From: Spirochaetia bacterium
Lineage (GTDB): Bacteria > Spirochaetota > Spirochaetia > DSM-2461
DNA length: 64,000 nucleotides
Reading direction: 5' to 3'
Assembly (NCBI GenBank): GCA_963666985.2
Contig: CAXXIA010000002.1
Coordinates: 1,344,001 to 1,408,000 of the forward strand
Shown: positions 27,006 to 35,789 of the stretch, piece by piece
How the letters are laid out: each line of letters starts with the position of its first letter
How positions within the stretch are numbered: position 1 is the first letter of the stretch
Program-made: the position numbers and the translations under genes
Notes under the pieces: model-generated
Told to the model about the DNA's origin: nothing
Databases searched by the model: none
What the model saw: the letters and a program-made list of their open reading frames with translations, nothing else

Positions 27006-28237
27006 TTAAAATCCTCCCTTTCACTCTCTTCTTTCAAAAAACTTTTCCAGGCAGCGCCGTCCAAAGCGGCCGCGGAAATGAAAATATCCTTATCGCCGCG
27101 CCCGGACATATTCACGACAAGGCTCTTGCCGCTCCCCAATTCACGGGCCAAAACCATGGCCGCGGCACCGGCATGAGCCGATTCCATGGCGAAAATCAGC
27201 CCTTCCTCACGGGCGAAAAAACGCAAAGCGTTCAGCGCTTCATCGTCCCGCACACCGACAAAACGTATACGGCCGCTCTCTCCCAGATGCGCCAGCTGCG
27301 GGCCGATGCCCGCGTAATCCAGCCCGGCCGAAATGGAATGGGTCAACTGAACCTGTCCGTCCGCATCGGTCAGAAACCGGCTCTTGTACCCCTGTACCAC
27401 GCCCACTCGGCCGTCGCCGGTCATTCGTGCCGCGTTGTTTCCTATTCCGGGCCCCCGTCCCCCGGCTTCGGCCCCCACCAGAAGAGGCGCACCCGGAGGC
27501 GAATCAATATAAGGTTCAAAAAATCCAATCGCGTTCGATCCGCCCCCCACGCAGGCCACCAGCGCATCCGGCTCGCTCACACCCAGCTCCGCCAACTGGC
27601 CGCGCGTTTCCCGCCCGATCACCGACTGGAACTCCCTCACCATATCGGGAAAAGGAGAAGGCCCCAGAGCCGATCCCAAAAGATAGTGCGTGTTCTCCCA
27701 ACTCGAAGCCCAGTCGCGCAGCGCCGCGTTCACCGCATCTTTGAGCGTGCGGCTTCCCGACTTGACGGGCCGCACCTCGGCGCCGAAAAGCTCCATCCAG
27801 TACACGTTCGGATGCTGCCGGCGAATATCCTCCTCGCCCATGTACACCACACATTCCAAACCCAAACGGGCACAGGCCGCGGCGGTTGCCACCCCGTGCT
27901 GACCCGCGCCTGTTTCCGCGATAATCCGCGTCTTGCCCATGCGCTTCGCCAAGAGCGCCTGACCCGCCGCATTATTTATTTTATGGGCGCCCGTATTGGC
28001 CAGCCCCTCAAGCTTGATATATATATCCGCGCCGCCCAGAGCCGCACTCGCATTCCGGGCCGGCAGCAAAGGCGTCGGCCTGCCCACATAGTCCCGAGCG
28101 AACGCCTCAAGATCTCCCCGAAAACCGGGATCGGCCATGGCCGCGCCAAATTCCTCTTCCAGCCGTTCCAGGGGCCGGCGGAGAACCTCAGCCACGTACC
28201 GTCCGCCGTATTCCCCGAAAAAACCATTGTCACTCAT
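27002..28237 (-). CDS. trpB: Tryptophan synthase beta chain
   Basis: 'TGAHKINN', 'AETGAGQHGVA', 'CVGGGSNAIG', 'SISAGLDY', 'SGRGDKD'. Confidence 0.98.
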   Translation of the reverse strand: MSDNGFFGEYGGRYVAEVLRRPLERLEEEFGAAMADPGFRGDLEAFARDYVGRPTPLLPARNASAALGGADIYIKLEGLANTGAHKINNAAGQALLAKRMGKTRIIAETGAGQHGVATAAACARLGLECVVYMGEEDIRRQHPNVYWMELFGAEVRPVKSGSRTLKDAVNAALRDWASSWENTHYLLGSALGPSPFPDMVREFQSVIGRETRGQLAELGVSEPDALVACVGGGSNAIGFFEPYIDSPPGAPLLVGAEAGGRGPGIGNNAARMTGDGRVGVVQGYKSRFLTDADGQVQLTHSISAGLDYAGIGPQLAHLGESGRIRFVGVRDDEALNALRFFAREEGLIFAMESAHAGAAAMVLARELGSGKSLVVNMSGRGDKDIFISAAALDGAAWKSFLKEESEREDFK

Positions 28238-28238
28238 T

Positions 28239-28517
28239 TTATTCTCCTGCTGACCCCCGAAGCCCGGCGATAACCGCCGTCTCCGAAATCCGCCGCTTCC
28301 ACTTCCCGCCGATACCCGGAATCACGGCGTTACCCGCATTTCCCTTTCGCGGACGCACGTTCAATTCTGCTTGCCGCGCTCACTTCCGGTCGCCTCGGCC
28401 AATCATCCCCGCGCCCGAAGGCGCCTCTTATCGGCCAAGGGCGTGCCCATTACCACTGCCGCCACGGCCGTATAAATATACACACACTCATGAACCGACA
28501 AAGCCCGCCCGCGCCAT
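28239..28517 (-). other. Chain of seven overlapping micro-ORFs filling the trpCF-trpB spacer
   Basis: 28517-28488, 28491-28450, 28450-28403, 28406-28380, 28383-28330, 28339-28322 and 28325-28239; junctions TGATG, ATGA, TAATG, ATGA, GTGA, 10-nt overlap, GTGA, then TAA-A-ATG(trpB). Confidence 0.55.
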
Positions 28518-30070
28518 CAGCGGCCGCCTTCACCTTTCGCCGCGCCCTTCGCCGCGGCAACGAACTTCTTCAGCTTCCCGTGATCCTTCCGTCCCTTCTC
28601 GGCCTCAACGCCGCTGGACACATCCACCAGTCCGGGCCGCCATTCGGCGACAATCCCCGCCGCGTTCTCCGGCGTGAGGCCTCCGGCAATCCAGAGCCGT
28701 CTTCGTGCCGCGGCGGCCTCCATAAGAACATCATCCAGAACCTTGCCGGTTCCCCCCCGCGCCTCGGCGGAAAAGGCATCCACCAGAATCGCCGGAGAGC
28801 CGGGATTATCGGCGGCGCCGATTTCCAGACATTCGGCATCTTCAGGCGTCCGCAGATTCACCGCCTTGTAGCCGGGCCAGGACCGGACCGTCTTCGGCGA
28901 TTCGTCGCCGTGAAATTGTATAAAATCCAGAACGCCTTCTTCCAACAGCGCGGCGGCCTCAGGCGGAACATCCTCATCCGGCCCCAGCACAACCACCGCC
29001 GTCTTCAGCACAGGTAAATCGGCGCATTGCCGTACAACCGCGGCCGAAGCGCGCCTCGGCGACTCGGCCAGCACGAATCCCAGCATGTCGGCACCGGCCT
29101 CCACCGCGGCCTCGGCGTCGGCCCGATTGGTAATGCCGCAGATTTTCACCAAAGGAACGCCTTCCCGGTGCCGATCATACAATCGCTTCCAGGCACCGTA
29201 ACGCCGTTCGGCCTCGGCGCCTTCCGCCCAGGCCGCGACCAAATCCTTGGCGGCCCGGGGAGAGCGGGCCACGGCCTCGCCCACCAGGAATCCGGAAAAT
29301 CCGCATCCCCGAACAAAGAGCGCGTCATCCCGGCCGCTAATCCCCGACTCATAAATAATGTCGCAGGGCCAGTCGATGAAATTCCGGGTTTCCAGCGGGA
29401 TGAGCGGCTCCACTTTAAACCGGCGCAAATCCCGGCTGTTGATGCCCACAAGAGGCGGCCGGAACGCGCGCACTTTGGCCGCATCTTCTCCGGTATGCAC
29501 TTCCACCAGACAGGTTAATCCCAGATCAACGGCCCGGCGGTACATCATCTCCAGGATGTCCTTATTCAAAAGAGTCGCGATAAGAAGAACGGCATCGGCG
29601 CCGGCCCTCCAGCTCACCTCGATGTCTTCCACGTCCAGAAGAAAATCCTTCCGCAGAACGGCCAATTCGGGATGGGCCGTCTTTACGGCGATCAGGTCCG
29701 CCAGGGATCCGCCGAAGCGCGCCTCTTCGGTGAGTACGCTGATTCGCTTAAACCCCGCCTCGGCGTAGCGGCCGGCCTGTGCCGCCGGATCGGGGATGTC
29801 GGCGATGTCGCCCTTGGAGGGGCTGCGCCTCTTCACCTCCGCAATAAGAAGACCTTCCCGCGGCGGCGCGAAAGCGGAGCCGAATGAAAGAGGCCGTCCC
29901 AAATCCTGGCCCGGTAACGACGGCGGCGCCTCTTCCGGCGCCCGCCCGAAAGCAACCAGAGGCGCCACCCGCTTCTCCGGCAAATCCAGTCCCTGGGCGG
30001 CGCCCCGCGCGGCCACACGTTCTTTGCGGGCCGCCGCTATTTCCAGCAGAATGTCCGGCGTGCCGCTCAT
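28517..30070 (-). CDS. trpCF: Bifunctional indole-3-glycerol-phosphate synthase / phosphoribosylanthranilate isomerase
   Basis: 'IAEVKRRSPSKG', 'SVLTE..FGGS', 'LRKDF', 'GINSRDL', then 'VKICGIT', 'QFHGDE', 'GGTG', 'AGGL', 'DVSSGVE'. Confidence 0.96.
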   Translation of the reverse strand: MSGTPDILLEIAAARKERVAARGAAQGLDLPEKRVAPLVAFGRAPEEAPPSLPGQDLGRPLSFGSAFAPPREGLLIAEVKRRSPSKGDIADIPDPAAQAGRYAEAGFKRISVLTEEARFGGSLADLIAVKTAHPELAVLRKDFLLDVEDIEVSWRAGADAVLLIATLLNKDILEMMYRRAVDLGLTCLVEVHTGEDAAKVRAFRPPLVGINSRDLRRFKVEPLIPLETRNFIDWPCDIIYESGISGRDDALFVRGCGFSGFLVGEAVARSPRAAKDLVAAWAEGAEAERRYGAWKRLYDRHREGVPLVKICGITNRADAEAAVEAGADMLGFVLAESPRRASAAVVRQCADLPVLKTAVVVLGPDEDVPPEAAALLEEGVLDFIQFHGDESPKTVRSWPGYKAVNLRTPEDAECLEIGAADNPGSPAILVDAFSAEARGGTGKVLDDVLMEAAAARRRLWIAGGLTPENAAGIVAEWRPGLVDVSSGVEAEKGRKDHGKLKKFVAAAKGAAKGEGGR

Positions 30071-30315
30071 CGGCGAACTCCCGCCGCGCCAAATCCTTCA
30101 CCGGAACAGGACCTTAAAAACCGCAAATCCGCGCTCATCTTTACAGCGCCGCCGCGCAGCCGCGCGGCAGCCGCCCGAAACCTTCCAAGACGCAGGCACG
30201 ACGTGCCCGGCCGGACGCACTCCGCCCGACTCCCGATGAAAGCACCTTCAAATCGGCGAGTCCGACACACGCTTTTCGGCCGTTCCACAATCGCCGGGCG
30301 CCTCTTTCCCCTCAC
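30067..30315 (-). other. Bridging ORF (82 aa) spanning the trpGD-trpCF spacer
   Basis: The GTG overlaps the trpGD stop (GTGA, gggag 6 nt upstream); the TGA overlaps the trpCF ATG. Confidence 0.5.
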
Positions 30316-31973
30316 GCCGCGCTCCCGGACGCTCCGACCCGGCGGCGCAGAGCCTCCACTTTGGCGGCCGCCCGGCCATCCTCCAGGGCGGCTTTGGCCT
30401 TCGCATAGCCCTCCGCGATATCCTCGGCTTCTCCGGCAACGAACAAAGCGGCCCCGGCGTTCAGGCAAACAGCCTCCCGAATGGCCGCCTGTCCGCCTCC
30501 CCGAAGCAATTCCCGGGCGGTTTTGGCATTCTCAGCACCATCACCCCCCGCCAGATCTTCCGCGGCGAAACCGCTTATCCCCAAACTCGCCGGATCAAAA
30601 GTCTCCTCGCGCTCCGCGCCGTTTTCATCAATGAAGAACGTCTTGGTTACCGTGGCCGGAGAGATTTCATCCAAACCGTCGGCGGAGCGCACGGTCATCA
30701 CGCGCTTCACGCCGAGCATCTTCGCGGCCCGGGCCATCACCGGCAGAAGATCATCTTCGTAAACGCCGATAAGCTGATACTCCGCGCCCGCGGGATTCGC
30801 CAGGGGGCCCAGGCAGTTCATGATCGTCTTCACGCCCAGGGCGCGCCGCACCGGACCGGCGTACTTCATGGCCCCGTGAAACAGCGGCGCGGCCATGTAG
30901 GCGAATCCCTCGGATTCCACGCTCGCCACAACACCGGCCGAATCGAGATCGGTCGGGATTCCCAAAGCCGCGAAAAAATCGGTGCTCCCCGATTTGGAAC
31001 TCACCGCCCGGTTGCCGTGCTTGGCCACCATCACGCCGCAGCTTGAAGCCACCAGCGCCGAGAGAGAGGAGATGTTGAAGGAATGCATCCCGTCGCCGCC
31101 GGTGCCGCAGGTATCCAGCACCCCCCGGTCGTTCAAATGAACCGGCCGTTTTTTCTCCACCAGTACAGACGCGCAGCCGGCCACCTCGTCGGCGGTGGCT
31201 CCTTTCACCGCGATCGCGGTCAGCATCCCGGCGATGAACGCCTCCTCAAGAGCACCGTCGGTCAGTTCGTCCATGAACGCGGCCGCCTCATCGCGGGTTA
31301 AATCGGCCCCCGAGATCACCTTGGATAAAAGAGCCTTTCCATCCAGCGGCTCCCGTCTCCAATGAAGGAAGTTCGCCAGCAGCCTTTCCCCGAATTCGCT
31401 GCCGATGGACTCCGGGTGGAACTGCACGCCTTCGATGGGGAACTCCCGATGGCGCAGTCCCATGATTTCGCCGTCCTCGGAGTATGCGGTAATCTCCAGT
31501 TCCGACGGCACCGTCGAGGGATCCACCGCCAGGGAATGATAGCGGGTAAAGCGGCAGGGATTGGGAATGTTCCGGAACAGCCCTTTACCGTCCACATGAA
31601 TGGGCTCCGCCTTTCCGTGAACAATGTTTTTCGCCTGAACGATGTCGGCGCCGAAGGCCTCTCCGATGCTCTGATGCCCCAGACACACGCCGAGAATGGG
31701 AACTTTCCCGGCGAAGGCTTTAATGGTCTCCACCGAAATACCCGCTTCGGACGGCGTGCCCGGTCCCGGCGAAATGATGAGCCGGTCCGGCGCCAGCTCT
31801 TCGAGTTCGGCCACGGTAATCTCATTATTGCGGAACACCAGAATTTCTTCTTTCGGATCGTCCGCGATAATCTTCCCCACCATCTGATAGATGTTGTAGG
31901 TAAAAGAATCATAGTTATCGATTAAGACAATTCGGCGTTTCGCGCCGCCGTCCTGAACATTGCTGTTTGTCAT
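30312..31973 (-). CDS. trpGD: Bifunctional anthranilate synthase component II / anthranilate phosphoribosyltransferase
   Basis: 'IDNYDSFTYN', 'ISPGPG', 'GVCLGHQ', 'QFHPES', then 'DTCGTGGDG', 'KHGNRAVSS', 'GLDEIS'; start chosen by the ggag RBS. Confidence 0.96.
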   Translation of the reverse strand: MTNSNVQDGGAKRRIVLIDNYDSFTYNIYQMVGKIIADDPKEEILVFRNNEITVAELEELAPDRLIISPGPGTPSEAGISVETIKAFAGKVPILGVCLGHQSIGEAFGADIVQAKNIVHGKAEPIHVDGKGLFRNIPNPCRFTRYHSLAVDPSTVPSELEITAYSEDGEIMGLRHREFPIEGVQFHPESIGSEFGERLLANFLHWRREPLDGKALLSKVISGADLTRDEAAAFMDELTDGALEEAFIAGMLTAIAVKGATADEVAGCASVLVEKKRPVHLNDRGVLDTCGTGGDGMHSFNISSLSALVASSCGVMVAKHGNRAVSSKSGSTDFFAALGIPTDLDSAGVVASVESEGFAYMAAPLFHGAMKYAGPVRRALGVKTIMNCLGPLANPAGAEYQLIGVYEDDLLPVMARAAKMLGVKRVMTVRSADGLDEISPATVTKTFFIDENGAEREETFDPASLGISGFAAEDLAGGDGAENAKTARELLRGGGQAAIREAVCLNAGAALFVAGEAEDIAEGYAKAKAALEDGRAAAKVEALRRRVGASGSAA

Positions 31974-31974
31974 T

Positions 31975-32103
31975 TCAATCTCCATTTCCGGCCGGAAGGC
32001 GGCCCTGACCGGATTCACACCCCGGACCGGGGATAAGTTCGCGGGTCGATGAGCAACATCGGCAAAAGCCGCCGGACCGTGCTTCAAACGTTTTCAGCGG
32101 CAT
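31975..32103 (-). other. Bridging ORF (42 aa) spanning the trpE-trpGD spacer
   Basis: ATG 1 nt after the trpE TAG, using the ggagg inside trpE's end; TGA 1 nt before the trpGD ATG. Sequence: MPLKTFEARSGGFCRCCSSTRELIPGPGCESGQGRLPAGNGD. Confidence 0.5.
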
Positions 32104-32104
32104 G

Positions 32105-33517
32105 CTAAACCTCCACCCCGGCCGCCAATGCCAGCGCCCGCAGTTTTTCATTCGATTCCTCCAGCTCGCGTTCAGGATTGGAATCGAACACGATACCGCC
32201 GCCCGCCTGAAGGAAAAGACGGTTTTCCTTTTTCAAAGCGCTGCGAATGGTGATGCACGTATCCAGAGTGCCTCCGGGCTGCAGATAGCCCACGAGCCCC
32301 GCATAAAAAGAACGCGGCATCTTTTCGATTCCGGCTATGGTCTTCACCGCCTGAATCTTGGGAGCGCCGGACACCGTTCCCGCCGGGAAGGTTGCCCGAA
32401 TCACGTCCGCGGCATTCTTTCCCTCGGCCAGATCGCCTTCCACCTGACTGACGATGTGCATTACTTTCGAATACTTTTCGATGGTCATCATCTCGGTCAC
32501 TTCCACCGACCCAACCTCGCAGACCCGGCCCAAATCATTACGCCCCAAATCCACAAGCATCAGATGCTCGGCCCGTTCCTTCTCATCCGCCAGCAGTTCG
32601 GCGGCCAAGGCGCGATCCTCGGCTTCATTCCGGCCCCTCCGGCGTGTCCCGGCGATGGGCCTGAGAATAACTCGGCCGTGCTGCACCTTCACATGCACCT
32701 CCGGAGAAGCGCCGAAAAGCTGCCAGGGACCGAAGTCCAGATAAAACTGATACGGCGAAGGATTGGAACTTCGAAGCGACCGGTACGCGTCCAGCGCCGG
32801 CATCTCGGTGGCAATTTCCAGCCTCCTGGAAGGAACCGCCTGAAGAAGATTCCCTTTGATGATCTCCTGACGCACCTTGGAAACCGCCGTTTTGTAGTCG
32901 TCGCTCTCTTCTTTTGAAGACGCGATGATGGCCGGATATTCAACGGTCTTTTCCATCATGTAATTGAAGTTCAGATCGTTAATCTTCGCTTCCGTACGGT
33001 CCAGCGCTTTCTCCAAATCGATATCGTCATCTCCGCCGTAATTCACGCCGATCAAATGCACCCGGTCCGTGTAATGATCGAAAATCACATAGACATGACC
33101 GAAGAGAAAAGCGGCCAAAGGCAGATTCAGGGGATCGGGTCTGTCGGGGAAAACCATCGAATCGCAATACGCGGCGAACTCAAACGAAAGAAAGCCGATT
33201 CCGCCGGCAGGGAAAGGAAACTCGGTTTCCACATCGGCATGACGGTCCGCGATCTCCTGGAGAACATCAAGAATGTCCCCGCCCTCTTCTCCGACATTGC
33301 GGCGCTCGGGGCCTCTGTACAAAACAACCGACTTGCCTTCCTGGCGTACCTGGAAAGCCTCCTCCACCAAAAGAACGGAATAACGCTCCCGGCCCCGGGA
33401 AAGAGATGATGATTCGAGAATCACCTTGGCATCCAGCTTCTTAGCCAGGCCGAACGGCGTATGTTTTTCTCCCGGCAGCGTTCTCATCGTCACACCGGCG
33501 GAACTGACGGCACTCAT
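32105..33517 (-). CDS. trpE: Anthranilate synthase component I
   Basis: 'ILES', 'NPSPY', 'GASPE', 'PIAGTRRRG', 'EHLMLVDLGRND', 'FPAGTVSGAPK'; ggagg RBS. Confidence 0.97.
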   Translation of the reverse strand: MSAVSSAGVTMRTLPGEKHTPFGLAKKLDAKVILESSSLSRGRERYSVLLVEEAFQVRQEGKSVVLYRGPERRNVGEEGGDILDVLQEIADRHADVETEFPFPAGGIGFLSFEFAAYCDSMVFPDRPDPLNLPLAAFLFGHVYVIFDHYTDRVHLIGVNYGGDDDIDLEKALDRTEAKINDLNFNYMMEKTVEYPAIIASSKEESDDYKTAVSKVRQEIIKGNLLQAVPSRRLEIATEMPALDAYRSLRSSNPSPYQFYLDFGPWQLFGASPEVHVKVQHGRVILRPIAGTRRRGRNEAEDRALAAELLADEKERAEHLMLVDLGRNDLGRVCEVGSVEVTEMMTIEKYSKVMHIVSQVEGDLAEGKNAADVIRATFPAGTVSGAPKIQAVKTIAGIEKMPRSFYAGLVGYLQPGGTLDTCITIRSALKKENRLFLQAGGGIVFDSNPERELEESNEKLRALALAAGVEV

Positions 33518-33606
33518 ATTAACCTCCGGTACCAATGTTTCACTTTAAGTATATGTATAGTTCAGAAAGCGTTTCTACTCATAGATGCATTGATACATCG
33601 AAGCAG

Positions 33607-33635
33607 AGTCTAGAGAAACGAGGTGTTCTTGTCAA
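33607..33635 (-). promoter_or_regulatory. Sigma70-type promoter of the trp operon
   Basis: Minus strand TTGACA-17 nt-TAGACT, about 90 nt upstream of trpE. Confidence 0.75.
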
Positions 33636-33698
33636 TAGAAACGCATGGGAAACAGATTTAAGCCGTATCCGTCCGGAAACGGACCGCTCAGCCCTAAA

Positions 33699-33809
33699 AG
33701 GCTGTTGAAAAAATCAATGCCCGAAATGCTCACGTACAGCCGGTACGCTGCGCTTTCTGTGCCTGATTCGGCCTTGTCTTCGAAGAAAATCTTACTTTTT
33801 CAACATCCT
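33699..33809. mobile_element. MITE-like 111-bp element with terminal inverted repeats
   Basis: aggctgttgaaaaa ... tttttcaacatcct (14 bp, 1 mismatch); internal cgtac-agccg-gtacg hairpin; no coding capacity. Confidence 0.55.
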
Positions 33810-33963
33810 GCTGAACGCGCAAACACATCAAAAATCCGGGACAATCCCCGTGCGGATTCGGCGGCGGCTGCCCGGACGAAGTCTTCCCGCTTGCCTGGGG
33901 AATCGCCGGGCTTTTTTCCGGCGCCGGAAAGCGAACCATACAAACATCACCGCTCCGGCGGCA

Positions 33964-34536
33964 CTATCCCAAAGCCCGCTCTATCCTTTTCTGAATTCGC
34001 GGAGCTTTATTCTCATACCGACCGGAATCAGGAACGTTGATTATCTTGCGGATTTTATATCCTCCGGCGCCGAGGATTGTTTTCATGGCGCGGACCGCTC
34101 CTCGGCTCTGGGACGGCAGAAGATGATAGCCTGCCGGGGCGTTGCTCGCCGTAATGATAATCCCCGTTTTCCCTTTCTGCTTCTTAATGGGAATCCGGGA
34201 TACTTCGGGTTCGATATGCTCGAAAACGGGAACCAGCCTGTCGATGAGGATTTTTAACTGACCGGAAACATTCCCCCAATAGGTGGGCGAGGCCAGAATA
34301 AGCATATCGGCTTCCTCGATGAGTTCGGCAATCCGGTGCGCATCGTCCCTGGGTAAAACGCACGTTTTGTCGGGCCGGCATTTCAGACAGCCCAAACACG
34401 GCTTTACGTTAAGATCGTAGACCCGCTCGGTGCGGACATCCACGCCTTTCCGAATCAGAGTTCCGGCGACAATGGCACTCAAATCGGCCGTTACGCCTTT
34501 GCGGCGGGGTCCGCCTTCCAAAATCAGTGTTTTCAT
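33964..34536 (-). CDS. Flavodoxin-fold / iron-sulfur flavoprotein (NADPH-dependent FMN reductase family)
   Basis: 'GGPRRKGVT', 'PCLGCLKC.....C...DD', 'ASPTYWGNVSGQLK..IDR'. Confidence 0.9.
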   Translation of the reverse strand: MKTLILEGGPRRKGVTADLSAIVAGTLIRKGVDVRTERVYDLNVKPCLGCLKCRPDKTCVLPRDDAHRIAELIEEADMLILASPTYWGNVSGQLKILIDRLVPVFEHIEPEVSRIPIKKQKGKTGIIITASNAPAGYHLLPSQSRGAVRAMKTILGAGGYKIRKIINVPDSGRYENKAPRIQKRIERALG

Positions 34537-34776
34537 CTTTTTTCCTCGCAAGTATAAGTATAGAACCCGCCCGGAGACTTTCTCTGTTTCCCGTTCTCGA
34601 AAATCAATCAAAGAATTAAGGGTGAAGTAATCTCAAAAATCGGCGATTTCTGAAACAAAGCCCCTCACAAGCGAGTTCCGGGGGGCTATCGGATTGAGGC
34701 GATTACATGAATGATGAAACGGCCTCAGATATCGGGAAACCTTAACCGCCTGCCGCATCCGCCCCGCAGAAGGTAT

Positions 34777-35307
34777 TCAACCGATGGAACGCTCTCCGCC
34801 TTTTGCGGACGGCGGAACGAACAAACGCCCGAGAATTTCCGAGCTGATGATAATCAGCGGCAGGGATACCATAAAGCGAACCAGGGTGAAGGGAACTCCC
34901 AAATACGTCGCTTCAAAAACACTCATGGGGATTCGGCAAACCGTGGAGAAGCCGAGAAATCCCAAAACGATCTGCAGCCGGGCACCCTTTTCCGAAAGAG
35001 ACTTGGCTATGGGCAGAGCAATAACCATAGGTGCCATTACGGAAAAGGCCAAAAGAAGCACCCAGAAATATCCCAAAAGGCCTCCCGTCTCTCCCAAGTG
35101 CTTCTCCACCAGAGATCGATCGATCCATACTTCAAAAAGCCCAATGAGAATAAAAGCGCCGGGAAACATTAAAATCATCGTTTTGGTAAAGTCCCAGCTG
35201 ATCCGTCCAAGCTTCATTCCCGGCTGCAGGCCGAATACAAATGAAGCGACAACAAAAACGACAAAAGCCGCGGCCAAACATAAATTGACGATATCGCCCT
35301 TTTTCAT
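34777..35307 (-). CDS. Permease half-subunit (DUF318/ArsP-like)
   Basis: 'FILIGLFEVWIDRSLVEKHLG', 'ALPIAKSL..KGA'; ATGA overlap with the upstream gene. Confidence 0.82.
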   Translation of the reverse strand: MKKGDIVNLCLAAAFVVFVVASFVFGLQPGMKLGRISWDFTKTMILMFPGAFILIGLFEVWIDRSLVEKHLGETGGLLGYFWVLLLAFSVMAPMVIALPIAKSLSEKGARLQIVLGFLGFSTVCRIPMSVFEATYLGVPFTLVRFMVSLPLIIISSEILGRLFVPPSAKGGERSIG

Positions 35308-35789
35308 GCCGCCAGTTCCCCGAAAATAAGACCCGTCACGAGCGCCGTCAGCATGGCCAGAATAAAAGCGGAAATATTGCGTGCCGCGGCGAGTTTCCAT
35401 CCCAGAACATCTTTCTCAAGACCGAAGGATAAAACGCCCACCATCATCAAGGTTGTCGTAAACGCCGACAAAACTGTGTAGGAAACCCCATGTTCCCGAA
35501 GAAGTCCGCAAAGAGGAAACACGATGAATCCGGGTATAAACGCTATGGAGCCGATAACCGCCGCAACAGCCGATCCGGCAAGAAGCCCATGCTCTTCGAG
35601 AATCTCCGCGATACGGTCCTCGGGGACAAAATACAAAACAACCGATACCGCAATTATAAAGATAAGAATCTGCGGAAGTATCTTCCAAAACTTCCGGGCG
35701 GCAATCTTCAGAGCCTCCGCGGTTTTTCGCGGGCTGAAGGCCGCGGAAAGCGCCAATGCGGCCCCGGCCGCTATATAAAGAATATTCAT
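35304..35789 (-). CDS. Permease half-subunit (DUF318/ArsP-like)
   Basis: 'IGSIAFIPGFIVFPL..LL...G.S....AFTTTLMMVG....E...G'. Confidence 0.82.
   Translation of the reverse strand: MNILYIAAGAALALSAAFSPRKTAEALKIAARKFWKILPQILIFIIAVSVVLYFVPEDRIAEILEEHGLLAGSAVAAVIGSIAFIPGFIVFPLCGLLREHGVSYTVLSAFTTTLMMVGVLSFGLEKDVLGWKLAAARNISAFILAMLTALVTGLIFGELAA

Noticed and set aside
26855..28273. 472-aa plus-strand ORF, and similar long ORFs at 2847-4154, 25818-26717, 37085-37906 and 53384-54898
   Set aside because: Antisense shadows of well-supported GC-rich genes.
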